Shown in pieces: positions 35,886 through 50,108 of a DNA stretch of 64,000 nt. The position numbers and the translations under genes are program-made. Each line of letters begins with the position of its first letter. Position 1 is the first letter of the stretch. The notes beneath the pieces are model-generated. The model was not told where the DNA came from and ran no database searches. It saw only the letters and a list, made by a program, of their open reading frames with translations. The DNA is from Octopus vulgaris (lineage: Eukaryota): positions 33,232,001 through 33,296,000 of the forward strand of contig OX597833.1 of assembly GCA_951406725.2 (NCBI GenBank). The letters are read 5' to 3'.

Positions 35886-38690
35886 TTTAGCAGAATACCC
35901 GGCGTTGCCATGGCTGAAAGTTACCTAGAAAAGTTCGGAATTTTCCTTAATGAGGGTAAATTCGATGTATAGGACACTATTTTCTTTCCCTTGGAAAGTT
36001 ATTTTTCATGTAAAAATATAAAATGTTTTCCAATACCTTTATAGCTGTCCGATGTCTAATACACTGTGTTTCCTGTAAGCGCTCAATATTAATAGTATAT
36101 TTGTAATTTAAGTATAAAAGATAATGTATGTACAGTTCAAGCCCATTAAATAAGGACCCAAGTTTAAGTGAATGGGAAAACAGATTTATTTCATTTGAAA
36201 CTACTATTCAATTGTTAAAATGATTAGGAAAATCCGTAGAAACTTTTGTATCGGGAGATGATGCGTCTTTGGAAATAAAATCCTTCTCATAACATGAAAA
36301 CCTGGAAAGCTCAGAGATTTCGGAAATGCAATACATGCTGTGATGAAGAAATTGAATTGAATTGAGTTACGATGAATCCCAGTTTATACGATACTTGGTG
36401 TTTATTCGTCGTAGTTTTTGGTCATTCTGAACATTATTATGTCAGCGCTTTTGAACACTCAACGGTGTTGGTTTTACTAAGACAGACATAAACAGATTGT
36501 TAGGACTCCCAGCATTTGATCTCCCTACATAAAATATGTCGTTAGTAAAGCAGTTTCCTGGATATTCAGTCCAGATACTGTCCGATGTTTAGCTTGGGAT
36601 TTATTGCCTGACGTATCGAAAGAATATATTTAATGCTATGAGAGTAATTCCGGGTATAATTGCGCCTCACTTCTTGGGTACTGTGTCACGGTTGACTTGT
36701 GGCATAAGCTTATTAATCATTTGTTTTGTGTCATTTCATAATCACAGCTGATCTAAATTATGAAGCAACATTATTAGGAATCCTTTTTTAATTAAAGTTT
36801 GTATGATGGTAGACCCGAAGGTTCGAAGGAATTTTAAAATCCTGCAGATCAGTTCCATATTTCTTGCCAATTCCATATCAGTGTTTACTGTTTTCCTAGA
36901 AGCACCTGCAATAGCTACCAAGTGATGCTGTTGATCCAAATACTCTTTTTTTTTTTTTGGCGCTATCTTTTGTGGGTTACTTAATGATGCTGCGGGCTGA
37001 GTAAAACTTTTATTATCTATTCGTCTAATGTCTTAACTTAGCGCTCATTGAAGTTGAGGCATAAAAAATTTTGTGGAAAATGCCCACACAGCTGATCTCC
37101 GAAAATATTGACACTCGTGCTTGTAGACACTTTTAACTTTGATTCAAAGCGATGATATTTAAGCAGCCACAGAAACATAGGCTTTTGTTCCTTTGGGAAT
37201 CGCTGACAGTGTCTGTCAATACCACTGCTGCTCCTCAGCATGCAAGCATATTGAGATCCACTCAAATCTTGAAATTTTTTGTCCAAGGCCTCCAGAATTC
37301 TCTTGTAGGCCATTATACATTCATCCCAGACAATTACCTAGCATCTCTTAAAAACTTGTTCGATTCCCAAATTCTTGGCAATGTTAAAAACAGATGCATT
37401 ATTCGTGCCTTGATCCAGAAAAAAAAAATGTTTTGTATGTTGGTTGCTCTGGAAGGAGTGTAGCGGCAGTAACTGAAGAAACAACTGCATAACCATGCCT
37501 TTGTGTTGACCGCATGAAATAGTCAAGAATATCTCTCCAGTTCCACCATAAATATAAAGGGAGAAAGATGTGTACACTATTCTCTCTATTCCAATGGAAC
37601 TATCAATACTTTGACGACAAGCTGGCCTTCAAGAAAGGCACATTGCTTTCCTCGTATGTATAGTACGCCAGAACCTGATAGTGCAGTAATGTTTTTGCAA
37701 GGGAATCATACTGGCACAGTTTGAAAAAGCTGCTGTAAATGCTGTGCTCTTTATACTTTGTGCTTGCTGTCTAGGTAACGCTGAAGTGAAGTACACTCAT
37801 TGGCCATTTTCAAAGTGGACAGCAAGTTGAATGTTTCGTTATCTTCATGAATGGGTAAGACGAAAAAGTGCCAAAAAGACTCCTTGCTGGAAAAGTATAA
37901 CTTTATTGCTGCTGTTTTGCTTTGACAGTGTAAGCATTGAACAGCACGTCTCATGACATGCTTGCAACCACATTTAATGAACTCTAATGAAATGCGAACT
38001 CGCAATTATTGTTTGAATAAAATGTCTTGGTTAAAAGTGTACAGTAGAGAATTATCCACGTGTTGAAAATTTCAAGCTTGTTTGGAAGTCTCCATCTTCT
38101 GTTGCCCGTCTTCTGTAAGAAGGATGGCTGTCATCACCTGTTTTGGATTTCCATGACAAAATGGAACGCAGCTCCGATAATGGACAGAGTCAACATCTAT
38201 TAACAAGGTTGCAAAAGCAACGAAAATTTTTTAGAAGACACAAAAACAAAATAATTAAATGGGTGGGAATTGAACCGGTGAGTGTGTTAGACATGACAGG
38301 TAATTTTTTTTTTTATGGAAGTCGAATCGCTAATGAAACCTCTATAGGGACCATTTGCCATTTGAATTTTAACAATACTGAAGTACCCTTTCTTTCTGCA
38401 AGGGTCTGAAAGATCTGCAGCTATGGAATTAATTTGGTTGGGTTGAGTTTTATTTGTTAACCAGTTGAAAGTGACTGTAATTTGGCAAATCCCCTTTTGC
38501 TGCGGATTAGTGATGAAACCATAATTTATAGCAAATGTTCTATAAATTTTGCATTTGGCTGTCTCTGTAATTTGAACACGGAGCCACAAAGTTTGACTTC
38601 CCACTTCAACTAAAATCAGTTCATTGATGCGTATAGTAACATAATCAAGAGCAACTTAACATTAATCACGTCTTCTGATAAACAAATACC
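35886..38690 (-). mobile_element. Degraded autonomous-type Helitron (Rep + Pif1 helicase)
   Basis: Rep-like QQKGICQ...WL..KTQPNQINSI..DLSDP...IVKIQMANGP; helicase GGTGEIFL, IVWDECIMAYKRILEALDKKFQDL, NKSQ. The 3' end gccatggcaacgccgggtattctgctaa resembles the 31384 Helitron end. Confidence 0.8.
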
Positions 38691-38719
38691 TTACTAAACA
38701 GTATGAGAGAAAGAGGATG

Positions 38720-40110
38720 ATAGAGTAAGAGAGACTCGGAATGGCAAAGCGCCCCTCTCAATCCCTCAAATACCGAACTGTGGCTCTGTTGCCACCAGAG
38801 CCTGTCGAATGGCTTTCACTTCCTCATATCTTAGAACACGTGCTCTAGCTCATTGAAGAATCGGTAAAGAACTAATTTCGCCGCCAGCAGGTTACTCTCA
38901 ATGCTTTTTCTAAGTGCCTCTTCTAGGCTATTACCAAGCTCACCCTCTACTCTAGAATTCTCTATTACTATTTCCTTGCTAAACCTAATCGATTCTAATA
39001 GTCATTTTTTAAAAAGTTAATTACCATCGGTTGTTGACGATTGCCCCATCAACTTCCTCTTAACTAGTTCCCTAATCGGGCTTCTGCAAACATGGTGCAT
39101 AGGGAAAGATGCGTTCAGTTTCCAGTAACCAAATTCTGTCTATGCAGCCTATCTAGATCGGCTGTTCAAATCACAAATATGTGGTACAACTGATCAATTT
39201 GAATTGTAAACACCATATGCTATCCCTATCTACTAGTTTACAGAATGCTCTACCTAGATGCTAATAACTCTATCTAGATGTTGCTTGCCCATGTCCATTT
39301 TAGCTCATTCGGAAAATACAGTGGGCACCAGCCAGTCAGTTGGAAATAACTGAGCAGGTTTACAAGGCTTTTACACCCCCATCTCCTAACAGCAATCTTC
39401 TCACAATCTAGACGAGTATCTAAGATGACTTTTTAATCACTCAAGAACACTGAAAAGCAAGACGTTCCAAACGCCTGAAGAAATCCGATGCCCTTGCCCC
39501 AGTTGGTATCTTGTCTGAAGTACCTTCGTCACTCATCACGTCCAAGACCACCATCTTACAAGCCAAGTCCAGGAAGATCGGCCGTATCTCGAAGCCTCGG
39601 CCTTTCCGAAACACTACCGCCTCCCTGCTCTCCATTTTGATTCAAGTAAGACATGCGAAGATCTTAAATTCTCCAAAAATGAATGCTGAGGCGCGTGTAT
39701 CGGAAATCTGATTCTCGCTGATGGCTATCATTCTCATAACTAGCAGCCTGAAGTTTTGGGCGGGCAACCCTGCCTCCGGGATAACCGGAAGCCACCCCCT
39801 TTTATGCATCCCAACTCTCAGAGCCAGAATGTTCGTTGAAAGATAAAGAAAAAAGGAAACAGGTTACTTGCCCATTTAGTGGTCCCGAAGACCGGTTGAC
39901 TCGGTCTCTATCCAAGTCTGAGTTTCCCTTGGGAAGTTCTTTAGGAACTTACTGCTGGCCCTTACACGCGGCCTATTGAGAACAATTCCCCAATAGTCCG
40001 AGTGAAAGTATTTTATGTCCCCATGTGTATTCTTCTTCTCATTATTATTGTTGTTGTTGTTGTTGTTGTTGTTGTCATCATCATCATCATTATTATTATC
40101 ATTATTATTA

Positions 40111-40168
<58 letters not shown>

Positions 40169-41160
40169 GTTGCACGTTGAAAATGCTTGACATGAAGAAC
40201 CCTTCCTCTGTTTCAATGTTTTCGCTTTTTCTCTTTCCCGCGAAGGACACCAGTTTACATTTGTGCTCCTTATCCACACAAAGTTTGGGGTGGGCGTGTT
40301 TTGCGGGTGTGGGTTTTGTTGTAGTGGATGTTGTGCTGGTCTTTCTGTAGCTACTTTTGTTAGTATTGATGTTGGCGTTGGTATTACTGCTGCCGATGTT
40401 ACTACTCTACGCTGTTGCTGCTGTAGGGACTGCAGAATCAGCAGCTGTAGGCAGTAGGGGGCTTCTCTTTTCCACTTTTTGTTGAGGGCAGAAAGTTTTA
40501 AAATGGCCATCTGTACTGCATATAAGGCATCTTCGCTTTCTGCTGTCAACCGTAACCAGCAGATCCATTACATTGGATAGGTGGATAAGGTCTGAGATCT
40601 TTTCTACTTCCTCTGGTTTGATCTGGAGGAATCTTTCCAAGTAGTCCATGACCAAAACTCCTACGTTCGTTTCATTTTGAGGTTTGTATAACTTCCTTCC
40701 AGTGACGCAAGCTAACAACCACCAGATGTCCAACCCATGTAGGACCCTATTTTGATGCAACAGGTCGTCCTGTAAAATAAGTTGAGCAGAGGTTTAGTTC
40801 TCTGTCGTACATGGGGGTTACGAAGTGAACCTCCAGCCCAAACTACCTTGCTTTGGTGACATGTTCTACATCTGCTCATATTTCTTTCGTTCCACTTGAC
40901 TATATATTGCTGCTTCTAGGCGTCGGATTTTAGCTGATACACAGTGATATACTACCGTTTTCCGTGCGAATAACGACAAAACCACAGTCGAGATAGCAAT
41001 CTGTGCACTCGCCCCATTCACCTTCATAAGCTCTATCTCCTGTGTCAGGTGGGTTTCCTTGTAGCTTAGAGAGAATGTGAGGCACTTAGCTGATTTCGTT
41101 ACCATCCCAGCTAGCGATTACTTGCCCGTGGAGTCGGCCCACCACTTATTTTCTGGTGGT
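38720..41160 (-). mobile_element. Tx1/L1-clade LINE 5' half (ORF1 Zn knuckle + ORF2 endonuclease), degraded
   Basis: ORF1 RKRRCLICSTDGHFKTFCP (CCHC knuckle); ORF2 SDFFRRLERL and GYWKLNASF (~39105-39130). Confidence 0.8.
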
Positions 41161-41687
41161 CGTCGTTATTTTTGTTGCTACTGTTATAGGGTGGTTTCTG
41201 TCACTATAGTTGTTGTAACTGTCATTACGGCTGTTGTTACTGCTACTGTTGTTGCTGCTCTCGTTGCTCCTATTGTTGCTGTTGTTATTGGTGTTATGAC
41301 AGTGGGTGGGGATTATTGCTACTATAATCCATTGCCACAACAATTGTGCAATTATTAAACTTTCAACGCTTGAAAATCATCCTTCTCCACTTCTACGTTC
41401 TGTACATCCTACTTCTCCCTTCAATTTGCTGACTGTGAAAGACGACGTCGCGTTTATACAAAAAAATATACGATTTTCAAAGCAAAAGATTTTTCTAACA
41501 AATTCGAGCACTAAATGGATAAAAATATAAAAAAATAACCAGCCATATGAGTCCTGATTGACTTATTTACAAAATGGTACAGCAAAAGCACAAAACAAGG
41601 TTCTTGAGGAAAACAATAATTCAACAATAATTTCCGAGCCTCGAAAAGACGTCCTCCTCTTGCAGACAAATAATGACGATGATGATG

Positions 41688-41749
<62 letters not shown>

Positions 41750-41872
41750 CCTTTCTACTATAAGCACAAGGCCTGGAATTTGTGGGGAGGGATATAGTTG
41801 ATCACATTGACCCCGGTACTTGACTGGTACTTAATTTATCGATCCCGAAAGGATGAAAGGCAAAGTCGACCC
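41750..41872 (-). mobile_element. SINE 3' part with (ATT)n tail, Nin-domain-like
   Basis: Reverse complement gtcgactttgcctttcatcctttcgggatcgataaattaagtaccag. Confidence 0.7.
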
Positions 41873-41873
41873 C

Positions 41874-41922
<49 letters not shown>

Positions 41923-42873
41923 TGTTTGTGTGTGTGTGTGCACTTACAAATATCTTTTACCATAGCTTTAAGATCAGCAGAGCAGAATTAGCACTTTCAG
42001 ACTTCTAGTGGCAAAGAACCCACACCGTGCTATTTCTTTCAGTCTTTTCTGATGATTGGCGGAGTACCTCAACTCCTGGTATGAAACTGGTTGGTAAAAG
42101 GCCTACGAGTGTAAAATTATCTCCAGTTTACGGCGTTGTGTAATACAGTCCAGGAGACTGGTGATAATTTATCTCCCCGTTAACTAGTTTAATTATATCT
42201 TTTATATTTCGTGTCAAAGTATAGATGCCGCATTGTTTAATGAACAAATGCAAACATGTTCGAATACAGAGAACGTGTTTATCTACAATCTCCTACACAC
42301 TATAATACATTGTGGATTCTAATGTATTCGTATAAACAGCGCATATTTTATGTCTGGAATTTATACTTATACTCTTGCATAAGTCTTGCACACACATATA
42401 CACTCATATGCGCATATACCGATGGCATCTACTAACATGTACGTACAGACACATACTCACACATATACACAGATATCCATATACACGGATCAACGTGGTT
42501 ATGAAGGGAGCGCCTTAACCACACGGAACCAAATCTCTATCGTACACCCAGCTAACGAGAAAACTTCCGTACAGCAACTATATGAAAGAGTGCCTCCAAA
42601 TACAAAATAAGATTTATAAGTATGTGGCAGAGAAACTTTAAATGTATTTTTGTACGTATGACATTTTTTATGTGTATGACATATTTTTGTAGAACATTGA
42701 GCAGGATGGAATGAGGGTTATTTACTTGTTTATTTAATTTTGATTTTTATCTATTTTCCTTTTACCAGGCTGGAAAACGAAAGAGGCTGAAGAGAGAAAA
42801 GAACAGAAACAAAGGGAAAACAGAGGAAAAACGACAAAGGAAGAAAAATAATACATACACATACACTCACTCG

Positions 42874-42910
<37 letters not shown>

Positions 42911-42999
42911 GAGAGAGGGTGGGAGAGACAGAGAGAAAGGGAAAGACAAAAAAGAAAGGGAAATACACACATACATACACACACATTTTTACATATAGG

Positions 43000-43048
<49 letters not shown>

Positions 43049-43273
43049 TGATAGAAAGATAGATAGAGATAGATTGGATTAACTAGATAGATAGATAAAT
43101 AAATACACACATACATACATACATACATACATACATACATACATACATACACATATTGATGTGTGTGTGTGTGTATGTAAACTAAATAACGCGAAGAAAA
43201 CGTTTAAAAAGCACTAGAAAAAGAGGAAGGAATAAAAAAAAGAAACAAAACAAAACGAAACAAGAATCAGAAA

Positions 43274-43901
43274 ATGAAAAATCGAAAGTTAGTTCTCAGT
43301 CCTAATGGACTAAATGGAATCTACCAAAAACAAGTTTACCAAAACGAAGCATTCGTTCCTGATAACGGCTATGGTTCCCTGCCAGACGGTTTCCCCGCTC
43401 AACCAGATTTGCAACCGGAAATTAGTATTATAAGGGATTCGAGCGACAAGGGGATTCCATTGCAGCAACGGAAACTTCCTCATCGGGAGACAATAGGATT
43501 GAAGAAAAGCATCAGTTTAGTTACTAGTTTTAGCTTGTTAGTCGCTATGGTAGGTCACGTGTCAATTTTCATTACTCCGACGTCCATCTTTAAGAATTCC
43601 GGTTCAGTTGGTGTATCATTAATAATTTGGTTAATTGGTGGGTTAGGGAACCTCTTACAAGCATTGATTACCCTTGAACTTGCAGCTATGTTTCCAGCTT
43701 GCGGCGGAGTATATCTTTATGTTCAAGAAATTTTAGGTCCTTTACCTGCATTTATCATTCTTTGGGGTTATAACCTGTTAATAGTGGGTCCGTTTTGGGC
43801 ATTTCTTTCTTATACAGCATCACTTTATATTCTCAAGATTCATTTCCTGACATGCGACCCACCGGATTTTCCCGTGAGGCTTTTGGCAGGTTGGATTCTA
43901 T
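43274..43901 (+). CDS. SLC7/LAT-family amino-acid transporter, coding exon 1
   Basis: LKKSISL...SIFITP.SIFKNSGSVGVSLIIWLIGG...ALITLELAAMFPACGGVYLYVQEILGPLPAF...CDPP..PVRLLA; donor T|GTAAGA (phase 1). Confidence 0.92.
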
Positions 43902-44501
43902 GTAAGAAAACGTTGCTTCTGATTTATTTCATTTATGTTTGTTTGCTAATGCTTCTAATTATTTAATGAATACAATTCCTAACAGGAACAAATTAAAGAG
44001 AAAAACAATGCATAAAGAAGTATAAATAGCAGTTCCAAATCTTTTACCTGTGATAACTGTCATATGGCTGTCATATCACTGCTATGAACTTACCTTCTGC
44101 TTCTGCCTGGAATCTACCTGTTTACATCGTAACAATTAAGAAATTCCCTTACTGGAATCTTTACTGTGGCAATTTATACGCCTTTACGCATTTGTTTTTC
44201 TCTATATGTTGTATAAATATCTAATAATCTGGTTTGATATCTGTTGTGTGCCTGACTACCCTTTGTTCCATTAGCCATATAACAACTTGACTGATATATT
44301 ACAATTAGTCAATCTTTATTTAGGCTGCTACCACATCTTTACATTTATAAGCTGGAGTTTAGGCACAAATTTTATCTGAGCACTAATTGTGTGTACCTGT
44401 TATCTGACGTCATATGACATCGTATTACTACAAGTTGCGCGTAAGTAAGTAAAGTAAAATAAAAACACCAGAGAACTTCACCCATGCAGAAACTGCAAAA
44501 G

Positions 44502-44819
<318 letters not shown>

Positions 44820-45149
44820 AAGGCGCATGGTTCAGTGGTTAGAGCGTCGAGCTTACGATCGTGAGGTTGTGAGCTCGAATCCCGGACCGGGCTGCGTGTT
44901 GTGTTCTTGAGCAAGACACTATTTCACGTTGCTCCAGTTAACTCAGCTGTACAAATGAGTTGCGACGTCACGGGTGTCAAGCTGTATCGGCCCTTGCCTT
45001 CCCCTTGGATAACACTGGTGGCGTGGAGAGAGGAGGCCGGTATGCATGGGCGACTGCTGGTCTTCCATAAACAACCTTGTCCAGACTTGTGACTAGGAGG
45101 GTAACTTTCTAGGTGCAACTTTCTAGTGTTGTGACCGAAGGGGGTCCCG

Positions 45150-45150
<1 letters not shown>
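44820..45150 (+). mobile_element. tRNA-derived SINE with pol III A/B boxes
   Basis: GGCGCATGGTTCAGTGGTTAGAGCG...GAGCTCGAATCCC head followed by a non-tRNA body. Confidence 0.85.
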
Positions 45151-45240
<90 letters not shown>

Positions 45241-45241
<1 letters not shown>

Positions 45242-45362
45242 TTTATTTTATAGAAGGAGCTTCTACAGGACTAGAACTGTTTCATTCAAATGAAATCATC
45301 AGGATGATTTCATTTGAATGAAACAGTTCTAGTCCTGTAGAAGCTCCTTCTATAAAATAAAT
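45241..45362. repeat. Perfect ~60-bp-arm hairpin containing a hammerhead core, in SLC7 intron 1
   Basis: Arms are exact reverse complements around a 2-nt AG centre. Minus strand reads CTGATGA-tttcatttgaat-GAAAC-agttcta-GTC. Confidence 0.85.
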
Positions 45363-45489
45363 TAATTTACTCTGCTATGTATTGAGTACCTTATTTACTG
45401 TGGTTAACCCCGACTCAACCCGGGACCTTCATATATATACATATATATATGTATATATATATATGAGAGTGATTATGAAGCTCACACTG

Positions 45490-48300
45490 CAACCACCTGA
45501 TCAAAAGCGCTCCTGGTTGATCATATCAAGGGAAAATCTGGCATAGCTTGAAGTAGATCCAACTTGTTTCCTTAAACGTTTCCTAAGTCGGGATGAGTAC
45601 TGAGGTCATCACTTTGAGCCTGAGACAAAGAGACAAACCATGCAGTAGAAACACCCTTTCTCACTTGTTCCACATGGTCGTTTCGTCCGCAGGAAAGGTG
45701 ATGGCCTCAGTTTTTTGTTGATGCAAAACACATTGTGTTTATGTCACTTGTTGAGGCAGTCAAGCGCTTACTTCCTTTATCTCTTCTAAGGTAGAGCCTG
45801 TCGATATCACTATTTTTGCGGAGATATCCAGTTGATGTTGCGGGTTTTAATGTCTATGGAGTGGATTTCTTCTACAGATATCCCAATTATTGGAATCAGC
45901 ACTGGCACTGCAAATGCATTATGGGATATTGTCATATAAGAGGAGAGTTCAGACTGCCATATTTTTCTTAGTCTGGTATAATATTCTTGGGCCACTCTAT
46001 CTTTATTTACAGACCTTGGTACGATATATTTTCATCAATGCCAAGGTACTTGTAGCATTCTATGTGAGGGATAGGAGAGGTTTTGTGTCCGGGACACTGA
46101 TTTTTCCCCATTCCACAATTAAATAAGAACATTTTTCCGACCATATTCCATTCCCATGTCAGCTAAGAATGTTGTTATTAATTCCAGTTGTGTTTTGGCA
46201 TCGTTAACATTTTTAGCATAAATCTTAATATCATCCACTAAGAAATTAATATCTTTTGCAGTTGCAAACCCTAGCATGTAGCCATTTGTTTTTTGTAGCA
46301 GGAATGATAATGGAATTAACGCGAAAATGAACAGAAGCTCAGAGAGTCTATCTCCCTGGAATATTTCCTTTGAAATATTTATAGCATTGGAGACGAATGT
46401 TCTACTCTCTTCTAAGCGTGAGGATTGTGGCTCAGGTCTTTATGAGTCTCTGAAAGGCAGCAATTAAGGTAACAGGCACTTTTGCCAAATGGAGACACTT
46501 CAGCAGCCATGAGTGAGGAATAGAGTCAAATGCCTTTCAGTCACCAAGCCAGTGTTGTAAGGCTCCTACGATGGTATTTCTTTTTTCACCTCGGATAGTA
46601 CGTTGTTTATCGAAAGTTATTCAGTCACAATAATCCTGGAGGAAATGGTTGAAGCAGCTTGTTTACAGTTTATACATATTTAGGCAAGCAACGGGCCTGT
46701 AGTTCTCGGGCAACTCGGTGGTTTCATTCTTGGCTACGAAATTCGTCCGTGCTATATACCAAGCCAATTTGATATGTCAATCTGACCTTCCATAGTACTT
46801 TTGAATATTCTTATGAGTAGTTTCCTAAAAATATCAGCCTCTTATACCAGTATCCAACTATTAGATCCCTTCCAGGTGCCTTCCCATTATGCAGTTTGCC
46901 TACAGCTATGGTGACAATTTCCGGGTCAATTGCATGTGTTTTACTGTTGATGCTGGTACAGTATCCTCTCTTAACTGCATTTAGCCACGATGCATTGAGG
47001 TTGAGATTCTTCTTTTCCTTCCAGATTTTCAACCAGTATGATTCAAGATCTCCTGGACAGGGGGCTTTCTTGGCGGTAATATTTTCTTTCCTCATTTTTC
47101 TATATACTGCCAGTGGGTTAGAAGCAAATTTGTGATTTATTCAGATTCATTTAAAAATTCGTTTGTGGTAGCGAAGATTTTCGTTCAGAACCGTGAGATT
47201 GTGTTTTAGAGTAATTAACTTCCCCTCAAAGCTTGTTGCGAAGAGTAACCACACAGTTTTGTTAATTTGTTTATAAGATGTGACTGATGAGGTGTGAACT
47301 CATTGTTCCTCTTACATTTTATTGTCGTGGTTAATCAGCCAATATGGCGACGTGGATTGTGAATGTTTCCTTTAAGTTTTGTTTTCCATCTAGATTGCTT
47401 TCGTTTAGTAGTTTCATTCCCATGCATTCTGCAGATTTCTCCTAAGAGTTACAGCAGCTGTGTATATAACGGTATTAATACTCTAGTAATTAGCATCGCA
47501 TGCTTCCATGTGCTCTCCAGCAACATCGTCGATAACTTTCAATATTAGAGCTGTTGAATTTTTTCTAAATCTTGTTAATAATGGCCTGATAATTAACGAT
47601 AGTTTACCAAAAGTAAAAAAGTTTTCTATGAAGTGTTGTTTCAGGATATTTCTAAGTTGAATGTAGTCTACAGTTGTCTCTGTTGATTCAGCTACACTTT
47701 AAGAGACACGGGAATTTAGTGATGGCAGTGGTTTGTTTGCATCATTTTCGATCTCTCTTCTGTCAGGTTTTAGCCAGTTCTCAGTGTTTTGAGAAGATCG
47801 ATTTGCAGCACGAGTATAAGTTATTCTTCTCTCAAAAAATGCTGCTTGTTGTCGAAGTTGTTTTGCTGTAAAGTACTTAAGTTGGGATAAAATTCGTCCC
47901 AGTATTTGTAACTGCTTCATATATCCGACAAAAGGGTCTTCAGTGGCTTTTTCGAAGTAGAACTTGGTTTAGATGCAGAGTCCAAGTAAAATGAGAGGAG
48001 TATTTATGTCTTCTTAAATAGCTTACTGGTGCTAGTGATGTTTTCATTGGTGGCACTGTTGTTAATTTCAGTCATAATCGTGTTAGTGAAATTGCACGTG
48101 GTATGGAGTATATATTTAAAATCCTATCTAATAACGTTACGCTGATAGGTAAAAGGTGTTTTTTCTTGTTTATAGTGGGAGAAATAAACCAGTTACTAAT
48201 TTAAGCTGGAGGAGTCGGCATAGATATAGAAGGGAACGTTAAAAAATTTTTTTTAATGGCCCTCTGCGCCTGCACGTCTGATGTTGATGGTGCCATCTTG
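45490..48300 (-). mobile_element. R4/Dong-like non-LTR retrotransposon (N-terminus + RT), degraded
   Basis: KAPGRDLIVGYWYKRL, ENYRPVACLN, KAFDSIPHSWLLKCL, IFQGD.LS, FLVDDIKIYAK, YKYLG, EYYTRLRKIWQSELSS; 5' end abuts (TACA)n at 48303-48390. Confidence 0.85.
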
Positions 48301-48779
48301 ATATGTATGTATGTATGCATGTACGTATGTATGTATGTATGTATGTATGTATGTATGTATGTATGTATGTATGTATGTATGTATGTACACATGCACGATA
48401 AACCGAAGTTTCGGTGCTGACCTTAATATGTCATTGTAACTAGACACGATTCTTTCTTAGGAATCGTGCCTAGATACAAAAAGATTTTGCTGCTTTTTGA
48501 ATGCGAGATGCAGTCCCTGTGTCCAAAGTTTTATTTATTTATTTATTTATTTAGTTACCCATGCTACCAAAGTATTTAAAAGAATCGACAACAGATAATG
48601 ATCTTTTATCTTTCCCATATATTTGAGGAACAATAGGATCCTGCCCTGGTGCAAGTTGATACACTACTTTTCTTAACAGTATTCTTTATTCAATAGAAAT
48701 ACGGACTATTTACAACCACGACATAAAATCTTTAGAATGCTTTCATCAAAGTGTCTTCTTAAAATTCTGAGGGTTGGCT

Positions 48780-49285
48780 GAGAATCGTTTACACAGAGGA
48801 TTTAGAGAAAGCAGGAATTTCATCAACTCACTAGATTCTGGTTTGCAATCAGCTGGGGTGGATTGACTATTTACTACGGATGGGAGTGTAGAGATAAATA
48901 CATCCCTAACCAGGTATTTTATGGTGAGCTACCTGCTGGGAAACGAAAACAGTGTAAACCAAAACAAAACGATATAAAGACTTGCTGAAAACAGCCTTGC
49001 GGAGTTGAATATATCATGCAAAGATAACTCTTGACAGAGATAATGGGGGAAAAATGATCTGGTCTGGGATTAAATATTTTGCAGAAAACAAAAAAAAGTA
49101 TGCATAATTTAAAAGAACTACGAAAAATAATACCCTACTAAACACAGAGAATCGTCCTTCAGCTGCTCAACGTGTGACAGGTTGGCTTAACTTCACATCT
49201 GAGATCTCATATTCGTATAGTTGGCCCAGATGGCACAAAGACCATTCCAGGAGACACACTCATAAACCATATTTGTAATAATATA
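48780..49285 (+). mobile_element. RTE/BovB-like LINE 3' fragment; Zn-finger tail probably resumes at 50110-50286
   Basis: IPNQVFYGELPAGKRKQCKPK..RYKDLLKTAL; downstream CMSCAGLKRHLNIH and HICTVCKANF..LSGLKSHLLVH. Confidence 0.6.
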
Positions 49286-49450
49286 TCTAACTCAGGCTGC
49301 AAGTTGGCAGAATCATTAGCAGGCTGGGTAAAATGCTTAACGGCATTTCGTCTGTCTTTATGTTCTGAGTTCAAATTCCGCCGAAGTCGACTTTACCATT
49401 CACCCTTTCGGGATCCATAAGATAATTGCCAGTTGAACTCTGGAGTCGAT

Positions 49451-50108
49451 GTGTGAGGTTGTAAGGTTGCTATTTATAGCATGTCAACTGACCAAGTAAA
49501 GACTTGCTCCTAGGTTGCAGTAGTTCTTAGCAATGATAATTGCAAGGATATGAAGTCATTGTCTAAGCCCCAATCTCCTTTTCATGTGTCAGTAATGGAG
49601 CATTGGAGGGCGCATGGCTTAATGATTAGAATAAAATCAAAGCTATCTGCTGATTCTACACGGTGGAAGAAGGCTCCAACACTGATGTCATATACCTTGA
49701 TTTCAGCAAGGCATTTGACAGAGTGGACCACAAAATCCCACTGAAGAAACTGTGCAACATTGGAGTTCGTGGAAAGCTGCTGCAGTGGATAAAGCGCTTC
49801 CTGAGAACAGAACCCAACAGGTCCTGTTTCAAGCTCAGCCAACATGTCCGATCAAGCTCAGCCAAAGTCAGTAGTTGTGTCCCACAAGGTACTGTGTTGG
49901 GCCCACTCCTCTTTATTATCTACATCGATGACATAGTAGATGTCATCAAACTTTCTACATTTAAAATCTTTGCAGATGATTCCAAATTCCAGAAGGCCAT
50001 AAACGATGGGAGACCGAACATGCCTTCAGTCGGATCTGTTTGCTGTTGTCCAGTGGGCGGAAAAGAACAATATGCTTCTAAATGAAAAAAAGTTCAATTT
50101 GTGCCAAA
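49451..50108 (+). repeat. 658-bp near-identical duplicate of 57447-58104 (flank + CR1-like RT fragment)
   Basis: Constant offset of 7996 bp; only two substitutions noticed. Confidence 0.93.

Noticed and set aside
43902-43966. C-terminal tail of the 230-aa ORF
   Set aside because: Read-through into intron 1 beyond the GTAAGA donor.
44820-44892. tRNA-like sequence
   Set aside because: No proper acceptor stem or terminator; it continues into a SINE body.
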